From: Arthrobacter halodurans
Lineage (GTDB): Bacteria > Actinomycetota > Actinomycetes > Actinomycetales > Micrococcaceae
NCBI RefSeq assembly: GCF_041877255.1
Contig: NZ_JBHDLJ010000016.1
Location: 31,789 to 55,788, forward strand
Length of the DNA: 24,000 bases
Direction of reading: 5' to 3'
Shown: piece after piece, positions 17,111-23,644 of the stretch
How the letters are laid out: every line of letters begins with the position of its first letter
Numbering within the stretch: the first letter of the stretch is position 1
Notes under the pieces: generated by a model
What the model was told of the DNA's origin: nothing
Seen by the model: only the letters and a program-made list of their open reading frames with translations
Database searches by the model: none
Translations under genes and position numbers: made by a program

Positions 17111-20100
17111 CGATGCTCGCCGGTGGCCCCGGGGACCAGCTCCAGGGGACCGTCCTGGGGGCCCCGGAGGCCGACGACGCGATCCGGTGGAGGCCGGGGC
17201 AACGTCTGGACACACTCTTCGAGGAGCGGTGCGACGCCCTGGCGGCCGCGGGGAGGTCCGCGCAGCTCGCCGTCGACTCCCCGGACGCCACCCTCACGTA
17301 CGGCGAGCTGGACGCGGCGGCCAACCGGCTGGCCCGCTACCTCGCGGCGCAAGGCGCGGGTCCCGGCACGAGGGTCGCGCTGCTCTTCGACCAGCCCGTC
17401 CGCTCCTACGTGGCGCTCCTGGCCGTGCTGAAGACGGGCGCGGCCTACGTCCCGCTCGACGCGGGCTTCCCGGAGGACCGGCTCGCCTACATCGTCGGGG
17501 ACGCGGGCGTCAGCCTGGTGCTGACACTGTCCCACCTCCGTGCGAAGCTGCCGCGGATCGCCGCGCGGACGCTGTGCCTGGACGAGGAGGACCCGGCGGT
17601 CGCCCGCCAGGATCCCTCCCGGCCGGCGCGGGAGGCCGTCGGTGCGACCGCCGGCGAGCTCGCCTACATCATCTACACCTCCGGGTCCACGGGACGCCCC
17701 AAGGGGGTCGCCGTGGACCACCCGAGCATCTGCAACTTCGTGCTCGTGGCCGCGGAAACCTACGGCTACGAACCCGGGGACCGCGTCTACCAAGGCATGA
17801 CGATCGCGTTCGACTTCTCGGTCGAGGAGATCTGGGTGCCGTGGATGGTGGGGGCCACGCTGGTGCCCAAGCCCGGGGGCTCCGCGCTCCTGGGCATGGA
17901 CTTGAGCGACTACCTGCAGGAGCGCCGCATCACCGCCATGTGCTGCGTCCCGACGCTGCTGGCCACCCTGGACGAGGACCTCCCCGGGCTGCGCTTCCTG
18001 CTGGTCTCCGGCGAAGCCTGCCCGAAGGACCTGGTCACGCGCTGGCACCGGCCGGGGCGCCGCTTCCTGAACGTCTACGGCCCCACCGAGGCCACGGTGA
18101 CCGCGACGTGGGACGTGGTCCATCCGGACAAGCCCGTCACGCTCGGCGTGCCGCTGCCGACGTACTCCGCCGTGATCCTGGACCCCGAGGAGGCGCGAGC
18201 GCTGCCCGCGGGCGAGCTCGGGGAGATCGGCATCGCCGGGATCGGCCTCGCCCGGGGCTACGTCAACCGCGACGATCTCACCGAGCGGGCGTTCATCCCC
18301 GACTTCCTCGGGATCGAGAACAACCCGTCGGGGAGGATCTACCGCACCGGCGACCTGGGGCGGTTCACGCCCGAGGGCACCATCGAGTACCTCGGCCGGA
18401 TCGACACGCAGGTGAAGATCCGCGGCTACCGGATCGAGCTGTCGGAGATCGAGTCGGTGCTCCTCGAGCACCCCGCGATCGCCCTCGCCGTCGTGGACAC
18501 CCACAGCCCGGCGCCCGGCGTCGTCGAGCTCGCCGCCTACTACACCCTGCGCGGGGACGCCGCGGGGCTGGACGAGGCCGAGCTGGACCGCGCGCTCCGC
18601 GAGCGACTGCCCGCGTACATGGTGCCCGCCTACCTCGACCGGCTCGACACCATCCCCCTGATGCCCAGCGGCAAGGCGGACCGGAAGAACCTTCCGGCCC
18701 CGACCGCCCGGCGCGCGGGCGGCAACGCGGCCGCGTACGTGCCCCCGGAGACGGATGCCGAACGCGCGCTGGCCGAGCAGCTGGGCGCCGTCCTGGGCCT
18801 AGAGCGGCCCTCGGTCGACGCGCACTTCTTCGACGACCTCGGGGCCAACTCGCTGCTGATGGCCCACTTCTGCGCCGGGATCCGCAGGCACACGGATCTT
18901 CCCTCGGCGGCCATGCAGGACGTGTACCAGCAGCCCACGCTCCGGCGCCTCGCGGCGATGCTGGAGGCCGAGCGGATGGCCGCCGAGCTCGCGTCCGCGG
19001 GCGCGGAACCGGCCGCGCCTCCCGCCCCCCGGCCGGCCCCGAGCTCGCTCAAATACACGCTCACGGGCGCGGCGCAGCTGCTGTTCTTCCTCGGCTACAC
19101 CACCTACGCGGCGCTCCTGCTGGTCTTCTCCTTCACGTGGGTCTCCGCGGCCCCGACGCTGTTCGAGCTCTGGCTGCGCAGCATCGCGTTCGGCGCCGGC
19201 ATGTTCGTGGTCCTGACGATCACGCCCGTGCTGTTCAAGTGGGCCCTTGTGGGGCGCATGAAGCAACAGGTGATCCCACTCTGGGGGCTGGGCTACCTGA
19301 GGTTCTGGATCGTCCGGCTGGTGACCCGGGCCAGCCCCATGGCCGCGTTCGTCGGATCCCCGCTCTATGTCGTCTACCTCCGAATGCTCGGCGCCAGGAT
19401 CGGCAAGGGCGTCTCCATCTTCTCCCGCATCGTGCCCGCCTGCCCCGACCTCATCAGCATCGGCGAGGGCACCGTCATCCACAAGAACGCCGTTATGCTC
19501 GGCTACCGCGTCCGCCGCGGCGTGATCGAGACGGGCCCGGTCACGATCGGCAACAACGTCCTGGTGTCCCAGAAGACGGTCTTCGACATCGGCACCGCCA
19601 TGGGCGACGACTCGCAACTGGGCCACGCGTCCGCGCTGCACGAGGGGCAGTCGGTGCCCGCCGGCGAGGTCTGGCACGGATCGCCCGCCGTCCCCGCGGC
19701 CACGAGCTACGCGCGGATCCGGCCCCGGCGCTGCGGGACCCGCCGCCGCGTGGTCTTCAGCGCCTTCCAGCTCTTCAACCGGCTGGTGCTGGTCGTGCCC
19801 GGCGGCCTAATCCTGCTGGCCGGGCTGCTGCCGGGCTACCTTGAGACGGGGCACCTCGAACCCACGAACCCGCTGTTCTACCTCGACGCGGCGCTCCTGT
19901 CGCTGGCGCTCTTCATCGGCGGCATGGTCAGCGGCCTAGTCGCCGTGCTCACGGTCCCGCGGCTGCTCAACCTCGCGACGCCGGCCGAGACCACCTTCCC
20001 GCTCTACGGGATCCGCTACGCGCTCCACCGCATGGTCCTGGCGCTGACAAACATCAAGCCGTACCTGACACTCTTCGGGGACAGCTCGTACATCGTCCAC

Positions 20101-21192
20101 TACCTCAAGGCGTTGGGGTGGGACCTCGGCAAGAAGATCGACCAAACGGGGTCCAACTTCGGTCCCGGCGTGGCCCACGACTCCCCGTACCTCAGCAAGG
20201 TCGGCTACGGCACCATGGTCTCCGACGGCCTGAACATGATGAACGCGGAGTACACGAGCACGTCGTTCCGGCTCTCGGTCGTGGAGATCGGCGACCGCAA
20301 CTTCCTGGGCAACGACATCACCTGGCCCATCGCGTCCCGGGTCGGCGAGAACTGCCTCCTGGGCACCAAGGTCCTCGTGCCCATCGACGGGCCGGTCCGC
20401 CGCGACGTCGGGCTCCTCGGCTCGCCGGCGTTCGAGATCCCCCGCTCCGTCCAGCGTGACAGCCAGTTCGACGACCTGAAGCTGGAGGACGCCAAGAGCC
20501 GGCTGCTCCCGGCCAAGAACCGGCACAACATCGGTTCCATGGCCCTGTATCTGGCCCTGCGCTGGTTCCAGCTCTTCTCGGCGACCGTCATCGGCGCGCT
20601 CTCCGTCGCGCTCTACGACGTGCTGGGCGTGCTCGCCGTCGGCGCCGGGACGCTCATCTTCCTGGTCTATGGCATCCTCCTGTCCGCCTTCGCGGAGCGG
20701 GCGGTGCTGGGGTTCGGGCGGCTCGAGCCGCGGTTCTGCTCCATCTACGACCCCTACTTCTGGCACCACGAGCGCCTGTGGAAGCTGCTCGGCGGGGCGC
20801 CGTTCACGGGGACCCCCTTCCGGCCCATGGTGTGGCGCCTCTTCGGCGTGAAGGTCGGCAAGCGCCTCTACGACGGCGGAGGCGGCCTGGTGGAAAAGAC
20901 CCTGGTCTCGATCGGCGACGACTGCGAGCTGAACGAGGCGTCCATCCTGCAGGGGCACTCCCTGGAGGACGGAACCTTCAAGTCGGGCCACATCACGCTC
21001 GGGAACGGCTGCACGATCGGGGTCGCCGCCTTCATCCACTACGGGGTGAACCTGCAGGACGGCGCGGAAGTGGCGGCTGACTCGTTCCTGATGAAGGGCG
21101 AGGACCTGCCGGTGGACAGCCTCTTCGGCGGCAACCCGGCCCGCGAGCTGGATCCGGCCCGGCAGCTGCGGCGCGTGGCGGCGACCGCCTAG
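17107..21192 (+). CDS. Pls-like single-module NRPS (homopoly(amino acid) synthetase architecture): A domain, PCP, then three repeats of two TM helices plus a hexapeptide-repeat domain
   Basis: The ATG at 17107 overlaps the transaminase stop as ATGA. 1361 aa. A-domain cores are YGELDAAANRLA, LAYIIYTSGSTGRPKGV, FDFSVEE, NVYGPTE, GELGIAGIGLARGY, YRTGDL, GRIDTQVKIRGYRIEL and PSGKADRK. The PCP carries DDLGANSL. The region downstream has six hydrophobic helices in three pairs, alternating with three left-handed-beta-helix/acetyltransferase-like domains. Confidence 0.9.
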   Translation: MTMLAGGPGDQLQGTVLGAPEADDAIRWRPGQRLDTLFEERCDALAAAGRSAQLAVDSPDATLTYGELDAAANRLARYLAAQGAGPGTRVALLFDQPVRSYVALLAVLKTGAAYVPLDAGFPEDRLAYIVGDAGVSLVLTLSHLRAKLPRIAARTLCLDEEDPAVARQDPSRPAREAVGATAGELAYIIYTSGSTGRPKGVAVDHPSICNFVLVAAETYGYEPGDRVYQGMTIAFDFSVEEIWVPWMVGATLVPKPGGSALLGMDLSDYLQERRITAMCCVPTLLATLDEDLPGLRFLLVSGEACPKDLVTRWHRPGRRFLNVYGPTEATVTATWDVVHPDKPVTLGVPLPTYSAVILDPEEARALPAGELGEIGIAGIGLARGYVNRDDLTERAFIPDFLGIENNPSGRIYRTGDLGRFTPEGTIEYLGRIDTQVKIRGYRIELSEIESVLLEHPAIALAVVDTHSPAPGVVELAAYYTLRGDAAGLDEAELDRALRERLPAYMVPAYLDRLDTIPLMPSGKADRKNLPAPTARRAGGNAAAYVPPETDAERALAEQLGAVLGLERPSVDAHFFDDLGANSLLMAHFCAGIRRHTDLPSAAMQDVYQQPTLRRLAAMLEAERMAAELASAGAEPAAPPAPRPAPSSLKYTLTGAAQLLFFLGYTTYAALLLVFSFTWVSAAPTLFELWLRSIAFGAGMFVVLTITPVLFKWALVGRMKQQVIPLWGLGYLRFWIVRLVTRASPMAAFVGSPLYVVYLRMLGARIGKGVSIFSRIVPACPDLISIGEGTVIHKNAVMLGYRVRRGVIETGPVTIGNNVLVSQKTVFDIGTAMGDDSQLGHASALHEGQSVPAGEVWHGSPAVPAATSYARIRPRRCGTRRRVVFSAFQLFNRLVLVVPGGLILLAGLLPGYLETGHLEPTNPLFYLDAALLSLALFIGGMVSGLVAVLTVPRLLNLATPAETTFPLYGIRYALHRMVLALTNIKPYLTLFGDSSYIVHYLKALGWDLGKKIDQTGSNFGPGVAHDSPYLSKVGYGTMVSDGLNMMNAEYTSTSFRLSVVEIGDRNFLGNDITWPIASRVGENCLLGTKVLVPIDGPVRRDVGLLGSPAFEIPRSVQRDSQFDDLKLEDAKSRLLPAKNRHNIGSMALYLALRWFQLFSATVIGALSVALYDVLGVLAVGAGTLIFLVYGILLSAFAERAVLGFGRLEPRFCSIYDPYFWHHERLWKLLGGAPFTGTPFRPMVWRLFGVKVGKRLYDGGGGLVEKTLVSIGDDCELNEASILQGHSLEDGTFKSGHITLGNGCTIGVAAFIHYGVNLQDGAEVAADSFLMKGEDLPVDSLFGGNPARELDPARQLRRVAATA
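17209..18700 (+). other. adenylation (A) domain of the synthetase
   Basis: Core motifs A1-A10 were read directly from the translation. The A10 lysine lies in PSGKADRK (nt 18664-18687). Boundaries are approximate. Confidence 0.85.
18736..18966 (+). other. peptidyl carrier (T/PCP) domain of the synthetase
   Basis: ETDAERALAEQLGAVLGLERPSVDAHFFDDLGANSLLMAHF. The predicted phosphopantetheine-attachment Ser codon is tcg at 18850-18852 (residue 582). Confidence 0.8.
19045..21189 (+). other. membrane-embedded C-terminal polymerisation region (TM1-2, C1, TM3-4, C2, TM5-6, C3)
   Basis: TM pairs lie at about 19060-19260, 19750-19970 and 20527-20715. Hexapeptide-repeat domains lie at about 19381-19690 (LGARIGKGVSIF...VWHGSPA), 20101-20445 (LGWDLGKKIDQTG...LLGSPAFEIPR) and 20833-21150 (FGVKVGKRLY...LFGGNPAREL). 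No HHxxxDG condensation motif and no GxSxG thioesterase domain were seen. Confidence 0.75.
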
Positions 21193-22271
21193 TCGTCCGT
21201 CCCGGCCTCGCCCAAGGCAAGTGTCGCGTGCATGAGGGCGTCCGCCATCGTCTCCAGGACCTCCGGGTCGACGTTGCCCAACGTGTCGCAACTGCGGTGG
21301 TAGCAGGAGTCGTACTTGTCGCCGGGCGTACCGCCGAACGCCGCGGCCTCGGGGTCGGACTTGGACCCCTCGTCCCCCGTGAAGAGGCCGCCGGACGGGA
21401 TGTCCCGGTCCAGGAAGGCCTGGTAGTCGGACCCGCCGTCGAACTCCGTGGGTCCCGCCAGGACGCCCGCGGCGGAGAAGTGGTCCAGGAACACCCGCTC
21501 GATCTCCCCGGAGCCGTTCGGGAGGCGGCCGCCATAGTCCGACCCGTCGCCGTCGTAGACCAGGACGACGCCGTTCGGCGAGCCCACCATGTCCAGGTTC
21601 AGGTACGCCAGGTGCTGTTCGGCCTGCTCGTCGGAGAGCCCGTCGACATAGTGCTCCGAGCCGTACAGGCCGTCCTCCTCGCCACCCCAGAAGGCGAAGC
21701 GGATCCTGTTGGGCGGGACCGTGCCCGATGCGGCCAGCCGCACGGCCACCTCCAGCACCGCCGCGACCCCGCTGCCGTTGTCGTTGATGCCCGGGCCCCG
21801 CGCCACCGAGTCCAAGTGCGCCCCGAGGACGACCGTGCGGGAGGCGTCGCCGGCCGTGTCGGCGACGATGTTGAACGTCTCGATGTCCCTGTCGCGCCGG
21901 CCCTCGTGGCTGAATCCCTGGCGCACCGGGTCGTAGCCGGCGCCGCGCAGGCGGTCCTCCACGTACGCCGCCGAGGCCTCGTAGCCTCCGGTGCCCGACG
22001 CCCGGTTCCCGCCGTTGGCGTCGGCCGCCTCCTGCAGGGCCTCGAGATGCGCGCGCAGCCCCGCTTCGCCCACGCCGGCCCGCAGCTCCGCGCTGTCCGG
22101 GGCCGTGCCGATCTCGATCCCGGGCCGGGACGAGCACCCGGTCAGCACGAGTGACGCCGTCGCGGCGGCGGCGAGCCAGGGGGCGGCGGCGTGCCAGGGG
22201 GCGGCGGCGTGCCAGGGGGCGGCGGGGGCGCGGCGGCGTGTCGACCGTCGGTGGGTGGGGCGGCGTGTCAT
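21189..22271 (-). CDS. M28-family zinc aminopeptidase, predicted lipoprotein
   Basis: 360 aa, starting at an ATG. The signal peptide has a lipobox LVLTGCSS. M28 metal-ligand blocks are present (VVLGAHLDSV, GINDNGSGVAAVLE, FAFWGGEEDGLYGSEHY, LNLDMVGSPN), as is the C-terminal CYHRSCD. Its stop shares the tetranucleotide CTAG with the synthetase stop. Confidence 0.88.
   Translation of the reverse strand: MTRRPTHRRSTRRRAPAAPWHAAAPWHAAAPWLAAAATASLVLTGCSSRPGIEIGTAPDSAELRAGVGEAGLRAHLEALQEAADANGGNRASGTGGYEASAAYVEDRLRGAGYDPVRQGFSHEGRRDRDIETFNIVADTAGDASRTVVLGAHLDSVARGPGINDNGSGVAAVLEVAVRLAASGTVPPNRIRFAFWGGEEDGLYGSEHYVDGLSDEQAEQHLAYLNLDMVGSPNGVVLVYDGDGSDYGGRLPNGSGEIERVFLDHFSAAGVLAGPTEFDGGSDYQAFLDRDIPSGGLFTGDEGSKSDPEAAAFGGTPGDKYDSCYHRSCDTLGNVDPEVLETMADALMHATLALGEAGTDD
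22176..22225. repeat. 18-bp tandem repeat (2 perfect units plus a partial third) inside the peptidase signal-peptide coding region
   Basis: ccagggggcggcggcgtg occurs at 22176-22193 and again at 22194-22211, and 14 nt of a third copy follow from 22212. On the minus strand it encodes AAPWHA-AAPWHA-AAPWLA. Confidence 0.85.
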
Positions 22272-22497
22272 CGGGGCTCCGCGGATCGGCGTGGTGTCGC
22301 TCGTGCTGCGGTCACCCTATGCGGCCGGACGGCCCTTGGAAACACCGGGTGTTGACGGCGGCCGTCGCCGCGGTACGCCTCACGGTGCATGCGAAGATCA
22401 TCCGCAAGTGTCATTCCCCGCGGGGCCCTCCTCGCTAGGCTCGGTTGAACGGACGGGGACCAGGCCCTCCCCTTCACGCCACCCGAGAGGAACCCCC

Positions 22498-22971
22498 ATG
22501 ATCGACGCGCTGCAGGACTTCACCTCGTCGCTGGCCCCCGTGTTGCAGTGGGCGGGGGTGATGCTGGTGGCCGCGATCCCGTTCGTCGAGTCCTACTTCG
22601 GTTCGGTGATCGGCGTGCTCGCCGGAATGAACCCCGCGATAGCGATCGTCGCGGCCATCGTGGGCAACGTGGCCTCGATGCTGGTCTTCGTGCAGAGCGC
22701 GCACGGCGTGCGGTCCAAGGTGGTTGGCGGCAAGGAGCCCCGCGAACCCTCCGCCCGTCGGCAGAAGCTGCGCGCGCAGTTCGACAAGTACGGGGTTGCC
22801 GGCGTGAGCCTCCTGGGCCAGACCATCCTGCCCAGCCAGATCACCTCGGCCGCGATGGTCTCTTTCGGGGCGTCGAAAAACTCCGTGATCCTGTGGCAGT
22901 GCATTTCCATCGTGATCTGGGGCGTTGCCTTCGGCGTCCTCGCCGTCCTCGGCGTCTCGCTCGTCGGCTGA
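22498..22971 (+). CDS. small membrane protein, putative small multidrug export family (Sm_multidrug_ex-like)
   Basis: ATG at 22498 after GAGAGGA. Only the last 157 codons of the 326-aa track ORF look real. There are four hydrophobic segments. AAIPFVESYFGSVIGVLAGMNPAIAIVAAIVGNVASMLVF resembles the family signature. Confidence 0.6.
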   Translation: MIDALQDFTSSLAPVLQWAGVMLVAAIPFVESYFGSVIGVLAGMNPAIAIVAAIVGNVASMLVFVQSAHGVRSKVVGGKEPREPSARRQKLRAQFDKYGVAGVSLLGQTILPSQITSAAMVSFGASKNSVILWQCISIVIWGVAFGVLAVLGVSLVG

Positions 22972-23071
22972 TCGGCCGACCGCGCCGCGGGCGCGCGGAC
23001 TTGCTAGGGTCGAGACCGTAGTCCCCGCCCGGCACCAGCCGACGGGCGGTCCCACCAGCGGAAGGGCGAGC

Positions 23072-23644
23072 ATGGACGCGGTCGCCGATCTCAGCGATCC
23101 GGCACTGGTCGCCCGGGCCCAATCGGGCGATCTCGACGCCTTCGAGGAACTCGTGCGCAGGTACCAGCGCGGGATCCTGCGGTTCTGCCGCGGCATGTTG
23201 GGCAACGGGCCGGACGCGGAGGACGCCGTCCAGGACGTCCTGCTCACCGCGTGGCGACGGTTACCGACCCTACGCGCGACGGAGGCGGCCTCCACCTGGC
23301 TCTACCGGATCGCCTCCCACCGCTGCATCGACGCCCTCAGGAAGCGGCGGCCCGACGGCGGCGACCCCGCCGAGCGCGAGGCGTCGCAGACCGGCAGCGA
23401 GGCCAGCCGACGCCTCCCCGCGGGGCCCGAGGGCGCGGCGGAAACACGGCTGGCCCTCGACGCGTTGCGCGGGCATCTCGCCGCACTGCCCGACACCCAG
23501 CGCGAAGCCTGGACCCTGCGCGAGGTCCAGGGAATGAGCTATCAGGACATCGCGCGGATCACCGGAGAACCACTAGCCACCGTGCGCGGGCGCATCGCCC
23601 GCGCACGCACGGCCCTGGCCGAAAGGATGGACTCGTGGAAATGA
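23072..23644 (+). CDS. ECF-type RNA polymerase sigma-70 family factor
   Basis: ATG at 23072. 190 aa. Region 2 reads FEELVRRYQRGILRFCRGMLGNGPDAEDAVQDVLLTAWRRL...WLYRIASHRCIDALR. Region 4 reads LPDTQREAWTLREVQGMSYQDIARITGEPLATVRGRIARAR. Confidence 0.9.
   Translation: MDAVADLSDPALVARAQSGDLDAFEELVRRYQRGILRFCRGMLGNGPDAEDAVQDVLLTAWRRLPTLRATEAASTWLYRIASHRCIDALRKRRPDGGDPAEREASQTGSEASRRLPAGPEGAAETRLALDALRGHLAALPDTQREAWTLREVQGMSYQDIARITGEPLATVRGRIARARTALAERMDSWK

Noticed and set aside
14174-17215. 1013-aa minus-strand ORF antisense to the aspartate kinase and transaminase genes
   Set aside because: The translation is Arg/Gly/Pro/Ala/His-rich and low-complexity, with no recognisable motifs. It is a typical shadow ORF of a high-GC genome, and the opposite strand carries two genes with clear family signatures.
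16369-22137. Long alternative-frame and antisense ORFs across the synthetase (16369-18504 minus, 17187-19844 plus, 19936-22137 minus, 8847-11036 plus and 8878-10881 minus elsewhere)
   Set aside because: All are low-complexity shadow ORFs. The 17107-21192 frame contains ordered NRPS core motifs and TM/hexapeptide domains throughout.
22980-22998. Hairpin CCGCGC-N7-GCGCGG after the small exporter gene as an intrinsic terminator
   Set aside because: It has only a 6-bp stem, a 7-nt loop and no real U tract (only TT follows). The evidence is too weak to call.
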